A DNA stretch of 60,306 bases from a virus (lineage: Duplodnaviria; Caudoviricetes). Under the pieces are notes generated by a model, which was not told where the DNA came from, searched no databases, and saw nothing but the letters and a program-made list of their open reading frames with translations. Location of the stretch: positions 1 to 60,306 of the IMG/VR virus record IMGVR_UViG_3300030406_001449; one strand, given 5' to 3'. Below are positions 37,303 to 46,576 of the stretch, one piece after another. The position numbers and the translations under genes are program-made. Numbering within the stretch: the stretch's first letter is position 1; every line of letters starts with the position of its first letter.

Positions 37303-38211
37303 ATGGCAATTTCAAGAGCTCAGTTATTAAAAGAGTTGCTCCCAGGCCTTAATGCTTTATTCGGAATGGAATACAGTCGTTATGGAGAAGAGCACGCTGA
37401 AATCTACGAGTCTGAAACATCAGAACGTAGTTTCGAAGAAGAAACAAAACTATCTGGCTTTGGTCAGGCTCCCGTCAAAGACGAGGGTGCTGCTATCGCT
37501 TACGACAATGCTCAAGAAGCGTTCACAGCTAGATATAATCACGAAACCATAGCTTTAGGTTTCTCACTAACAGAAGAGGCTGTAGAGGATAACCTTTACG
37601 ATACTTTATCTGCGAGATACACAAAAGCTTTAGCACGTTCAATGGCTAATACTAAACAAGTAAAAGCTGCTAACGTATTAAACAATGGTTTCTCAGGTGG
37701 TCCTACAGGTGGAGATGGTAAAACATTATTCGCTACAGACCATCCGTTAGTATCAGGTGGTACAAACAACAATACTCAATCAACAGCTGCTGACTTAAAC
37801 GAGTCATCATTAGAAAATGCGGTTATTCAAATAGCTGCTTGGACTGATGAAAGAGGTTTATTGATTGCTGCTAAACCACGTAAACTAATAATCCCACCAG
37901 CGTTACAATTTGTTGCTACACGTCTATTAGATACTGACCAAAGAGTCGGTACATCTGATAACGATATCAACGCATTGAAAAATAACGGTGCGATTCCTGA
38001 AGGATATGCTATCAATCATTACTTAACTGATACTGATGGCTACTTCTTAACAACAGATGTACCAAATGGTATGAAATACTTTGTAAGAACACCATTAACT
38101 ACATCTATGGACGGTGACTTCGACACAGGTAATGTAAGATACAAAGCCCGTGAAAGATATTCATTCGGTTTCTCCGACCCATTAGGAATGTGGGGCTCAC
38201 AAGGTGCTTAA
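37303..38211 (+). CDS. Major capsid protein (Mu gpT-like, HK97 fold)
   Basis: MAISRAQLLKELLPGLNALFG...GGDGKTLFATDHP...DFDTGNVRYKARERYSFG; followed by a terminator. Confidence 0.93.
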   Translation: MAISRAQLLKELLPGLNALFGMEYSRYGEEHAEIYESETSERSFEEETKLSGFGQAPVKDEGAAIAYDNAQEAFTARYNHETIALGFSLTEEAVEDNLYDTLSARYTKALARSMANTKQVKAANVLNNGFSGGPTGGDGKTLFATDHPLVSGGTNNNTQSTAADLNESSLENAVIQIAAWTDERGLLIAAKPRKLIIPPALQFVATRLLDTDQRVGTSDNDINALKNNGAIPEGYAINHYLTDTDGYFLTTDVPNGMKYFVRTPLTTSMDGDFDTGNVRYKARERYSFGFSDPLGMWGSQGA

Positions 38212-38261
38212 TAGGCACACTTGAGAGTGTTCAGTTTTTCATAGTTCTGAACACTTACTCT

Positions 38262-38297
38262 GAAAACCCAGCTAATCTCTCGCTGGGTTTTCTTTTT
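38262..38297 (+). terminator. Rho-independent terminator after the MCP
   Basis: GAAAACCCAGC-9nt-GCTGGGTTTTC plus a T run; preceded by a second hairpin at 38223..38260. Confidence 0.85.
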
Positions 38298-38333
38298 GCT
38301 TTTAATTATTCTCAAAGTAGGTATAATTTACTT

Positions 38334-38410
38334 ATCGGGAAACATAGAACTTATCTAACTGCCCCCGAACAGACGCATACACGATAGATAAGTTTTAACT
38401 TTGTATGGAG
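38334..38410 (+). ncRNA. Structured RNA, probably the Mu-gpT-DE motif
   Basis: Stem 38347-57/38385-95; inner CTG/CAG hairpin; potential pseudoknots TCGGG/CCCGA and CATACA/TGTATG; lies downstream of a gpT-like capsid gene. Confidence 0.65.
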
Positions 38411-38417
38411 ATATAAG

Positions 38418-38957
38418 ATGGCTACATCAACTTTTTCGGGTCCAGTAATATCCAAAAATGGATTTATTAACACAGGACCAGCTAATGTCGTAGATGCTGA
38501 CTCAAGCGTAGCTTTAACAGTCGCTACACACGCAGGCAAAATTGTACACAATGATGCTGCTGGAGCAGTAACTTACACATTACCAGCACTAAATGCAACA
38601 GCAGATGGAGCAAGTTCAGGACCAAGTTCTGATATTGACAACCTAAATAACATTGGTGCTACATTCACAATAGTAAACTCAATAACAAAAACTGGAGACT
38701 TGGTAGTTCAAGTTGCAAACGCAAATGACGTTATGACTGGTTCAGCAACAATCGTTGACACAGATACAAATGATAACATGGAAGGATTTGTAACAGCAGC
38801 TGCATCAGATACTATTACATTAAATGGAAGCACAACAGGTGGTGTAACACACGCTACAATCACATGTACAGCTATTAGTTCAACTAAATGGAGTGTTTCA
38901 GTTATCACAGGTGGTACTGGAGACTTAGCTACACCTTTTAGTGCAGCAGTTAGTTAA
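38418..38957 (+). CDS. Virion structural protein (head fibre-like)
   Basis: MATSTFSGPV start; TYTLPA and DTITLNGSTTGG motifs. Confidence 0.7.
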   Translation: MATSTFSGPVISKNGFINTGPANVVDADSSVALTVATHAGKIVHNDAAGAVTYTLPALNATADGASSGPSSDIDNLNNIGATFTIVNSITKTGDLVVQVANANDVMTGSATIVDTDTNDNMEGFVTAAASDTITLNGSTTGGVTHATITCTAISSTKWSVSVITGGTGDLATPFSAAVS

Positions 38958-38969
38958 TAGGAGAAAAAT

Positions 38970-39575
38970 ATGAGCAGTAATGGAGAAATATGGGCAGTAA
39001 CCCCTTCCACAAGTGCTACATACTATAGAGCTGCAGCATCTATATCAGGTGCTGGGGCTCTGACCCTACTCACCAATGACGCAGGCCCTAACGGGGTTGG
39101 TTATAAAGTTAGATTTACTTCAGCAGGAGACGACAGTGGAGATACCTTTACTATCGTTGGTATTACTGTGGCTGACGCACTAACAGGAAACTCAACTACA
39201 GAAGTCGTTACAGGTGCTGACACTGGGACAGCTGATTCTACTAATTTTTTTACTAAAGTTACAAGTATTACAGCATCAGGTGCTTCAGCAGGGAACGTAA
39301 GTATAGGAACCACTGGGTCCATAGCGTTACCTAGAACTAGACTGAAAGGGTTTTATTATCTAGCTAGTGGTAGTGGAGGTAGTATTAAATTAAATCTAAA
39401 TAGTACTTCAGGTACAGAATTGTTAAATATAGCAACACCAGCTAGTGCAACAGGAACACAAGATATGTTTCTTCCTGGCATGGGTATATTGACAACTTCG
39501 ACTGGTAGTAGTATTAGAGATTTTGCTATAGTTACTATAACTAATGTAACTAACACAGTGTTATTTTGTGGATAG
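38970..39575 (+). CDS. Virion structural protein
   Basis: Ser/Thr/Gly-rich beta protein; RBS AGGAG. Confidence 0.65.
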   Translation: MSSNGEIWAVTPSTSATYYRAAASISGAGALTLLTNDAGPNGVGYKVRFTSAGDDSGDTFTIVGITVADALTGNSTTEVVTGADTGTADSTNFFTKVTSITASGASAGNVSIGTTGSIALPRTRLKGFYYLASGSGGSIKLNLNSTSGTELLNIATPASATGTQDMFLPGMGILTTSTGSSIRDFAIVTITNVTNTVLFCG

Positions 39576-39581
39576 CTAAAT

Positions 39582-39875
39582 ATGGCTACTAGAAAAAAAG
39601 GGATGGGAATAAAGACTTCGGTTAAGTCTGGTAATTTTAGAAAGACTAAAGCTGGAGCGGGGATGACAAAGAAAGGTGTAGCAGCCTATCGTAGAGCCAA
39701 CCCTGGTAGTAAATTACAAACAGCAGTAACTGGAAAAGTTAAAAAAGGTTCTAAAGCTGCTAAGAGACGTAAATCATTTTGTGCACGTAGTGCAGGACAG
39801 ATGAAGAAGTTTCCTAAAGCAGCTAAGAATCCTAACTCAAGGTTACGTCAAGCTCGTAAGAGATGGAAGTGTTAA
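39582..39875 (+). CDS. Basic protein (DUF6321-like)
   Basis: RRKSFCARS.G...PNSRL...RW.C. Confidence 0.8.
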   Translation: MATRKKGMGIKTSVKSGNFRKTKAGAGMTKKGVAAYRRANPGSKLQTAVTGKVKKGSKAAKRRKSFCARSAGQMKKFPKAAKNPNSRLRQARKRWKC

Positions 39876-39876
39876 C

Positions 39877-40104
39877 ATGGAAGATAAAGTGCAACAAACT
39901 ATAGCAGTACATTCGGCAGAGATAGATCATATGAAAAAGGATATAGACCATATCATTGTCAAAGTCGATAAAATGGATAAGTCTGTTGATGACATCAAAG
40001 AAACTCTTGCAGAAATTAGAGGCGGCAAAGCCGTTGCAATATGGTTCTTTGGTATATTTGGAGTGATTTTAGGATCACTTGTAACTTGGTGGATAGGTAA
40101 ATAA
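39877..40104 (+). CDS. Coiled-coil protein with a C-terminal TM helix
   Basis: Heptad repeats followed by AVAIWFFGIFGVILGSLVTWW. Confidence 0.7.
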   Translation: MEDKVQQTIAVHSAEIDHMKKDIDHIIVKVDKMDKSVDDIKETLAEIRGGKAVAIWFFGIFGVILGSLVTWWIGK

Positions 40105-40119
40105 TTTAGGAGATTAGAA

Positions 40120-40719
40120 ATGGATTATGGTAAGAAAAAGATGTACGGTGGTGGTATGACCAAAAAGAAAATGATGGATGGTGGTATGACTAGGAAACAA
40201 ACATACACTGTTGATGGTAAAAAAGTAAGTGCATCAAGCAAACAAGATGCCCTTAAAAAAGCTGCAGCACAGGGTAAAAAATCTCTTGGTCAGCGTAAAG
40301 CTGGTGGTATGATTGAAAAAATGAAAGATGGTGGTATGGCTAGAAAGAAAATGGAAATGCCAACACCAGCAGGTAAAATGAAGCCATCAAAACCAGGTAG
40401 TGGTACAGGTAAAATGAAACCTGTAGATAAAAAGAAAAATCCAGGTCTAGCTAAACTACCAACAGAAGTTCGTAATAGAATGGGCTTTATGAAGAAAGGT
40501 GGTGATGTTAAAAAAGCTGGTAAAGCAGCTATGAAAGGTGGAGAACTAGGTGCTGCTATTGCGAAAGTCAAAAAGAAACAAGGTAAGAAAGCTGGTGGTA
40601 TGGCTAAAAAGAAAATGATGGGTGGCGGTATGACTATGAAATATAAACACGGAGGTAAGACTGGTAAATGTCCTCGTGATGGTATCGCTATGCGTGGTAA
40701 AACAAAAGCGGGGCGTTAA
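40120..40719 (+). CDS. Lys/Met/Gly-rich basic protein with many xxxGG repeats and a C-terminal RDGIAMRG tag
   Basis: Low complexity; MMDGG/MKDGG/MKKGG/YKHGG repeats. Confidence 0.8.
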   Translation: MDYGKKKMYGGGMTKKKMMDGGMTRKQTYTVDGKKVSASSKQDALKKAAAQGKKSLGQRKAGGMIEKMKDGGMARKKMEMPTPAGKMKPSKPGSGTGKMKPVDKKKNPGLAKLPTEVRNRMGFMKKGGDVKKAGKAAMKGGELGAAIAKVKKKQGKKAGGMAKKKMMGGGMTMKYKHGGKTGKCPRDGIAMRGKTKAGR

Positions 40720-40721
40720 TT

Positions 40722-41147
40722 ATGATGAAATCTAGAGGTATGAGTAGGATAATGAAACCCATAGCTTTAAGAGATGGTGGTCGAACTAAAAAGCCTAAAG
40801 TAAGAGATTTACTTCAAAGAGGAAAACCTAAACCACCACAAAAACCTAAGCTTCCAAAGATGGGTGATAAACCTAAATACACTCCTGCTATGAAAAAAGG
40901 TGGTCAAGCTAAAAAGACAGTCGGTAAAGTTGTGAAAGCATTAAAAAAAGCTTCTAAATCTCATGCAGGCCAAGCAAAAACTTTATCTGCTCTAAAACTT
41001 AAAAAAGGTGGTAGTACCAAAGATGCGTGCTACCATAAAGTTAAGGCTAGATATAGAGTTTTTCCTAGTGCGTATGCTTCAGGTGCCATAGCTAAATGCC
41101 GTAAGGTTGGTGCTGCTAACTACGGTAAAGGTGGGAAGAAAAAATAA
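40722..41147 (+). CDS. Basic protein with a C-terminal DACY..VK...PSAYASG..KCRK domain
   Basis: Recurrent marine phage motif (DUF5872-like). Confidence 0.75.
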   Translation: MMKSRGMSRIMKPIALRDGGRTKKPKVRDLLQRGKPKPPQKPKLPKMGDKPKYTPAMKKGGQAKKTVGKVVKALKKASKSHAGQAKTLSALKLKKGGSTKDACYHKVKARYRVFPSAYASGAIAKCRKVGAANYGKGGKKK

Positions 41148-41431
41148 TGGCTGTCCGTAAGACTAAAAAAGGTCTTGCTTTAAAAAGATGGTTTAAGGAA
41201 GACTGGAAAGATGTAAGAACAGGCAAAGCCTGTGGTCGTCAAAAAGGTGAGAAACGTGGTACACCTTATTGCAGACCTAGTAAACGAGTGTCAAGTAAAA
41301 CTCCTAAGACATCAGGAGAAATGACGGCAGCTCAAAAAAGGAAGCGTATTGCTCAAAAGAAAAGACTTGGGCAACCAGCTGGTAAGCCACGTAGAGTACA
41401 GGCAGTTAGAAGGAAGAAGAGGAAAACATAA
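41147..41431 (+). CDS. Basic protein (LKRWFKEDW...PYCRP, DUF5872-like)
   Basis: TAATG coupling; conserved motif. Confidence 0.75.
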   Translation: MAVRKTKKGLALKRWFKEDWKDVRTGKACGRQKGEKRGTPYCRPSKRVSSKTPKTSGEMTAAQKRKRIAQKKRLGQPAGKPRRVQAVRRKKRKT

Positions 41432-41958
41432 TGAGAAAGAAAATTAAAAAAGCCGTTGGTGGAACTGTAGAAAGCAAAAATTACTATTCAGGTTTTAGGT
41501 TGCAAGATGGTAAACCAGTCATTTTTTCTCGAGAGGGTATGATTAGCGATATACAAGCTGATGAAATAGCTGACTTAGAATTATACAAAAAAGCAATGAT
41601 TAAGCGACATAATGATACAAACTATGAAAATCAATTAACAAAAGCAATCGGTGAAGCAAATTTAAAAGAAAGGTTAAAAAGATTAGATAGAGAAATTGAT
41701 GCTAAAAAAGCAGGTATGACAGCTACATCTATATACCCATTTGAAAACCCTATTCCAACTTTACAAGGTACTGTACAAGACAAAAAAACTAAGAAAGAAA
41801 CAGATAAATATTTAAGGAAACAAAAAAATATTAGAGCATTAAAATCATTAGGTAAAAATACTACTAAAAAGAAAGCAGGTGGTAGGGTTAAAAAAGTCAA
41901 AGCCCATCGTGGTGATGGGATTGCTAAACGTGGTAGAACAAGAGGAAGGATAGTATAA
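41431..41958 (+). CDS. Basic protein with the shared 30-aa C-terminal tail
   Basis: Ends KKKAGGRVKKVKAHRGDGIAKRGRTRGRIV. Confidence 0.8.
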   Translation: MRKKIKKAVGGTVESKNYYSGFRLQDGKPVIFSREGMISDIQADEIADLELYKKAMIKRHNDTNYENQLTKAIGEANLKERLKRLDREIDAKKAGMTATSIYPFENPIPTLQGTVQDKKTKKETDKYLRKQKNIRALKSLGKNTTKKKAGGRVKKVKAHRGDGIAKRGRTRGRIV

Positions 41959-41963
41959 TGGCA
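41865..41963 (+). repeat. 99-bp direct repeat, copy A
   Basis: 97/99 identical to 42197..42295; includes the stop and the next start (TAATGGCA). Confidence 0.95.
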
Positions 41964-42290
41964 TCATTAAAAAGTAGAGAAAAAGAAAATAAAAAGAAAG
42001 CTTTAAAAAAATTTGAAGAAATAGACCCAACTACTGGGAGAATGAGAGGGTATGATATGCAACGAGATGCATTTGGTCCTGGTTCATTAGTAGAATCAGA
42101 AACAAAACTTCCTAAATTTTTTAAGTTTATTCCAGATGCTTTTCAAGTAGAGAAATTTTTACAAGAAAAAGTTAAACCAAAAATTAAAAAGAAAATTAAA
42201 AAGAAAGCAGGTGGTAGGGTTAAAAAAGTAAAAGCCCATCGTGGTGATGGAATTGCTAAACGTGGTAGAACAAGAGGAAGGATAGTATAA
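41958..42290 (+). CDS. Basic protein with the identical 30-aa C-terminal tail
   Basis: Unrelated N-terminus, same tail as the upstream ORF. Confidence 0.8.
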   Translation: MASLKSREKENKKKALKKFEEIDPTTGRMRGYDMQRDAFGPGSLVESETKLPKFFKFIPDAFQVEKFLQEKVKPKIKKKIKKKAGGRVKKVKAHRGDGIAKRGRTRGRIV

Positions 42291-42295
42291 TGGCA
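42197..42295 (+). repeat. 99-bp direct repeat, copy B
   Basis: Differs from copy A only at two synonymous third positions. Confidence 0.95.
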
Positions 42296-42970
42296 GTATC
42301 AGGAACAACAACGTTTGATTTAGATTTAAATAATATTGTAGAGGAAGCATTTGAAAGATGTGGTTCTGAGTTGCGTACAGGATATGACCTACGTACAGCT
42401 CGTAGAAGTCTAAATCTACTTACTGCAGAGTGGGCTAATCGTGGTGTTAATCTTTGGACTATTGAAGAGGCTAATGTATCTTTAACTGAAGGTACTATAA
42501 CTTATAATCTTCCAGCTGATACTATTGATTTACTTGAACAAGTAATTAGAACAGGCACAGGCACAAATCAACAAGACCTTACTATTAACAGAATATCAGC
42601 AAGCACTTATGCAAGTATACCTAGTAAAAATCTTACAGGTAGACCTAATCAAGTATGGATAAATAGACAAGCAGCACAACCGAATATAAATGTATGGCCA
42701 ACTCCAGAGGATGATAGTTATACATTTGTGTATTGGGCACTTAAAAGAATTGATGATGCGGGTAATGGTGTGAACACACAAGATATACCGTTTAGATTTT
42801 TACCATGTTTGATAGCAGGACTTGCTTATTATTTAAGTTTAAAAATACCTCAAGCAGGTGATAGGATTCAGTTTTTAAAAGGAGAGTATGAAGAACAGTG
42901 GGCATTAGCCTCTACTGAAGATAGAGAAAAAGCTGACCTTAGAATAGTTCCACGTAGACAACACATATAG
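42290..42970 (+). CDS. Head-tail adaptor / tail tubular A-like protein
   Basis: IVEEAFERCG...ARRSLNLL..EWANRG; WPTP; P.RFLPC..AGLAYY. Confidence 0.75.
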   Translation: MAVSGTTTFDLDLNNIVEEAFERCGSELRTGYDLRTARRSLNLLTAEWANRGVNLWTIEEANVSLTEGTITYNLPADTIDLLEQVIRTGTGTNQQDLTINRISASTYASIPSKNLTGRPNQVWINRQAAQPNINVWPTPEDDSYTFVYWALKRIDDAGNGVNTQDIPFRFLPCLIAGLAYYLSLKIPQAGDRIQFLKGEYEEQWALASTEDREKADLRIVPRRQHI

Positions 42971-42980
42971 GAGATAAGAT

Positions 42981-43148
42981 ATGAAGAAAAAAACTAAAGC
43001 TGAGGCTAATTTTAAACCACACATGATGTATGATAAAAAGTCAGGTAAAGGTGTAAGAGCAGGGACTTTTAAGAGACATTTGGACTTGAAAAAGAAAGGT
43101 TATGGTCATACTAAACCTAAGAAAAAAACTGTTAAAAAGAGGAAATAA
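42981..43148 (+). CDS. Small basic protein, 55 aa, not in the ORF track
   Basis: RBS AGGAG; FKPHMMYD...HLDLKKKGYGH. Confidence 0.75.
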   Translation: MKKKTKAEANFKPHMMYDKKSGKGVRAGTFKRHLDLKKKGYGHTKPKKKTVKKRK

Positions 43149-43499
43149 ATGAGTAAGTACGCTTCAGCAAAATATACTATTGCCGAGTGCGACAGATGTG
43201 GCTTTCGTTATAAGTTAAACGAACTAAAAGACTTATTTATAAGAACCACAGAAACCAATATAAAAGTTTGTAAAGAGTGTTGGGAACCAGACCATCCACA
43301 GAACATGCAAGGTATGTACCCTGTAGATGACCCACAAGCAGTAAAAGACCCAAGACCTGATAGAAACCTAGAAGAACAAAGGAATTATCAATATGGGTTT
43401 GATCCAGTAGGATTAAATAATCCTTTAAATTTAGAGGGATTAGTAGATAATTTAGAAAGTAATGGCCAAATAGGGTCAGTAACTATTACAACAACTTAG
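43149..43499 (+). CDS. Zn-ribbon protein of the virion module
   Basis: CDRCGF...CKECWEPDHPQ...DPQAVKDPRPD. Confidence 0.78.
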   Translation: MSKYASAKYTIAECDRCGFRYKLNELKDLFIRTTETNIKVCKECWEPDHPQNMQGMYPVDDPQAVKDPRPDRNLEEQRNYQYGFDPVGLNNPLNLEGLVDNLESNGQIGSVTITTT

Positions 43500-43505
43500 G
43501 AGTAA

Positions 43506-43676
43506 ATGATGAACAAAGATAGAAAAGGTGTAAAACCAACCTATAAACAACCAGAAAATGTACCTGTGCCTAATACAGGTGGTTATCCTGAAAAGGATGT
43601 AAAGACTGAAGGTGTGGTTACTCGTGGTAACGGAGCAGCTACAAAAGGAACTAAAGCTAGAGGACCAATGGCATAA
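43506..43676 (+). CDS. Small protein, 56 aa, with a C-terminal RGNGAATKG tag; not in the ORF track
   Basis: RBS AGGAG; TAATG overlap with the next gene. Confidence 0.75.
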   Translation: MMNKDRKGVKPTYKQPENVPVPNTGGYPEKDVKTEGVVTRGNGAATKGTKARGPMA

Positions 43677-44317
43677 TGACATATACCGAGTTAGTAGCAG
43701 CAATAAAATCATACACAGAGAATGATTATACAACCACAGATGTTAATACGTTTATTAAGAATGCTGAACAACGTATATTTAATACTGTGCAGTTACCTGA
43801 CTTACGTAAGAATGTAACAGGCACAATGACATCAGGTAACAAATATTTTTCCCTACCTAGTGATTGGTTAGCTACTTTTAGTATTGCTGTTATAAATACT
43901 GATAACGAATACACTTATCTTTTAAACAAAGATGTTAATTTTATTAGGGAAGCTTTTCCTGATACTGATTCGGGATTCTTTGGGAAACCTGAATATTATG
44001 GTATATTTGATGATGAAACAATGATTTTAGGACCAACACCTAATGCTAATTACAGTTCTGAGTTACACTATTACTATTATCCACAAAGTATTGTTACTGC
44101 TGGTAATACTTGGTTGGGCGACAATTTCGATACTGCATTGTTCTATGGTGCATTATTGGAAGCAGCTGCGTTTATGAAAGAAGAACCAGATGTGGTCACA
44201 CAGTACACAGCAAGGTATAATGAAGTTATGCAGTTATTACAAAATTTAAGTGATGGTAAGAATAGACGTGATTCTTACAGAAGCGGACAAGAGAGGATAT
44301 CAGTAAAGAATGGATAA
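43676..44317 (+). CDS. Second head-tail adaptor-like protein
   Basis: MTYTELV.AI..Y.E; FI..AE.RI; LGPTP; LFYGALLEA. Confidence 0.75.
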   Translation: MTYTELVAAIKSYTENDYTTTDVNTFIKNAEQRIFNTVQLPDLRKNVTGTMTSGNKYFSLPSDWLATFSIAVINTDNEYTYLLNKDVNFIREAFPDTDSGFFGKPEYYGIFDDETMILGPTPNANYSSELHYYYYPQSIVTAGNTWLGDNFDTALFYGALLEAAAFMKEEPDVVTQYTARYNEVMQLLQNLSDGKNRRDSYRSGQERISVKNG

Positions 44318-44597
44318 TAGAGCAGAGATAAAACAGGGTGTTGACTATGATGTACAAACCACATCATTTGGTGGTATGACACCAGAACAAGTAGCAGAGT
44401 TAGCTCTTGCTAAAATAATTTATGTGGGTCAAGATGCTAACCCTTTATTGAAAGAACAAGCACTAGCCTACAAAGACAACATTAGGCAAGTTCTAGTGTA
44501 TTATATGAAACAGGCTATAAAGTCTAATCATACAACCATAGCGGATAAACTGCATAAGGCAGGGCATTCAGAATTAACTAAACTTTTGGAGATATAA
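44310..44597 (+). CDS. Conserved virion-module protein
   Basis: V.TT..GG.TPEQ.AE...KII motif. Confidence 0.7.
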   Translation: MDNRAEIKQGVDYDVQTTSFGGMTPEQVAELALAKIIYVGQDANPLLKEQALAYKDNIRQVLVYYMKQAIKSNHTTIADKLHKAGHSELTKLLEI

Positions 44598-44598
44598 A

Positions 44599-45045
44599 AT
44601 GGCAATTTCACAAGCGATGTGTACTTCATTTAAAGTTGAGTTGTTGAATGGTATTCATGCGTTTAGCACAACAGTAGCTCGTGGTGACACATCTGCTGAT
44701 AGTTTTAAATTAGCATTATATACTTCATCAGCTTCTTTAGGTGCTGGTACCACAGCATATACAACTTCTAACGAAGTTTCAGGGACAGGATATACAGCAG
44801 CAGGTGCAGCACTTACTGCAGTGGCTCCTACATCTTCTGGAACTACAGCGATTTTAGATTTTAATGATTTGACGTTTTCAACGGCTACAATTACAGCTCG
44901 TGGTGCGTTAATTTATAACGACACACAAAGTGACAAGGCAGTTGCGGTGTTAGATTTTGGTGGTGATAAAACATCTACAGCGGGAGACTTTACCATAGTA
45001 TTCCCTACAGCTGATGCCTCTAATGCGATCATACGTATAGCTTAG
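44599..45045 (+). CDS. Tail structural protein
   Basis: CTSFK.ELL.G.H, FKLALYT, ARGALIYN, DFGGDK. Confidence 0.75.
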   Translation: MAISQAMCTSFKVELLNGIHAFSTTVARGDTSADSFKLALYTSSASLGAGTTAYTTSNEVSGTGYTAAGAALTAVAPTSSGTTAILDFNDLTFSTATITARGALIYNDTQSDKAVAVLDFGGDKTSTAGDFTIVFPTADASNAIIRIA

Positions 45046-45057
45046 AAGAGGTGTTGA

Positions 45058-45570
45058 ATGGCACTTGTTGTAAACGACAGAGTCAAAGAGACTACTACAA
45101 CCACAGGGACAGGGACAGTCACTTTAGCTGGTGCTGTATCTGGATTTGAAACTTTTGCTGCTGGTATAGGAAACAGTAATACTACATATTATTGTATTCA
45201 ACTAGGGTCAGAGTTTGAGGTAGGATTAGGTACATTATCAAGTGACAGTTCAACTCTAGCTCGTACTACAGTTATATCAAGTTCTAACAGTGATAGTGCT
45301 GTTAACTTTTCTGCAGGAGCCAAATTTGTATTCTGTACGTTACCTGCTAGTAAAACTCCTATATTAGACGCAAGCGGAGATGTTACACTTTCTGGAACCT
45401 TATCGGCTAGAGAATTAGAATCCTCTAATGGTATAATTGCAAACAATGAAACAGTTAGTGCTAATTATACTTTTCCTACAAACTATAATGCTATGAGTGT
45501 AGGACCAATAACAATAGCAAGTGGAGTAACAGTAACCGTCCCTAGTGGACAAAGATGGGTGATATTATGA
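45058..45570 (+). CDS. Tail fibre base/adaptor protein
   Basis: DRVKETTTTTGTG N-terminus; C-terminal NAMSVGPITI..GVTVTVP. Confidence 0.7.
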   Translation: MALVVNDRVKETTTTTGTGTVTLAGAVSGFETFAAGIGNSNTTYYCIQLGSEFEVGLGTLSSDSSTLARTTVISSSNSDSAVNFSAGAKFVFCTLPASKTPILDASGDVTLSGTLSARELESSNGIIANNETVSANYTFPTNYNAMSVGPITIASGVTVTVPSGQRWVIL

Positions 45571-46265
45571 CATGTAAAATTAATGCAGATACAAGTGATG
45601 GACTAAAATTAGAATCAGATACAAGTGGGTCTATAGATATACAATCAGGGGGTAATACTGATATATCTTTTTCTGCAAACGCTTTAAATATTAAATCTGG
45701 CACCACTTTAACTATTGATTCAGGTGCAACTATCACTAATAGTGGTACAGCGAATGGATTTGTAGGTAAAGTAAAACAAGTGGTACATGCTTCAGATGCA
45801 ACTTTATATGCGATTAGTGTAACAAATGCAACATCAGACCACGCAGGTAGTATTGCCTATTCAATAACACCAACATCTTCATCGAATGATATAATGATAC
45901 ATTTTACTATACCTCAAGTTAAACAAACACAACATGCAGGATTAAGGGTAAGATTGTATAGACAAATTGGTGGCGGTGGATATTCACATGTAACAGGTTT
46001 ATCTGGCACAGCTTCAAGTAATAAACAAGCTGCATTATTTGGTAACTATGATACTAATGGAGATGGCAATAGGTCAGCAACAACTATAACTGGAACAGTG
46101 GTAGATAGTCCTAGCACAACTTCACAAGTGGATTATAAATTTTATTTTGGTACTGGAGACGGTTCTTCTGCAGGACCTATTTATGTAAATCGTACACAAA
46201 ATGATACTGACCTTAGTTATACCAATAGAACAAGAACACATGTAGCTTTAGTGGAGATTGAATAA
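45555..46265 (+). CDS. Tail fibre tip / receptor-binding protein 1
   Basis: GKVKQVV..., ITPTSSS, DSPSTTSQVDYK and terminal LVEI, typical of marine phage fibre tips. Confidence 0.7.
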   Translation: MGDIMTCKINADTSDGLKLESDTSGSIDIQSGGNTDISFSANALNIKSGTTLTIDSGATITNSGTANGFVGKVKQVVHASDATLYAISVTNATSDHAGSIAYSITPTSSSNDIMIHFTIPQVKQTQHAGLRVRLYRQIGGGGYSHVTGLSGTASSNKQAALFGNYDTNGDGNRSATTITGTVVDSPSTTSQVDYKFYFGTGDGSSAGPIYVNRTQNDTDLSYTNRTRTHVALVEIE

Positions 46266-46573
46266 TGACAGTCAACGTAGAACCAGGAAAAGATATATTA
46301 TCAGCTATACTAGCCATAGATGCTAATGCAGTATGCACTGTAAAAAATGAAGATATTGATGACATTGAGTGGACAACTACTCCTATAGCTAAAGCTGATA
46401 TTCAAGCAAAGATAGCAGAGCTATCGACTGCTTATGATAATCTTGAGTATGCAAGAAAACGTAAAGTTGAATATCCAGCTATAGAAGAACAGCTAGATAA
46501 AATTTATAATGATGGTATTGACGCTTGGAAAGCAGACATCAAAGCAATCAAAGACAAGTATCCAAAGGAGTAG
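46265..46573 (+). CDS. Tail fibre assembly chaperone-like protein
   Basis: YARKRKVEYP.IEEQLD.IY...IK.KYPK. Confidence 0.7.
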   Translation: MTVNVEPGKDILSAILAIDANAVCTVKNEDIDDIEWTTTPIAKADIQAKIAELSTAYDNLEYARKRKVEYPAIEEQLDKIYNDGIDAWKADIKAIKDKYPKE

Positions 46574-46576
46574 ATT

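Noticed and set aside
41865-42295. 99-bp repeat as a DGR template/variable repeat (both mismatches are A in copy B)
   Set aside because: There are only two differences, both synonymous; both copies are coding; no reverse transcriptase was found.
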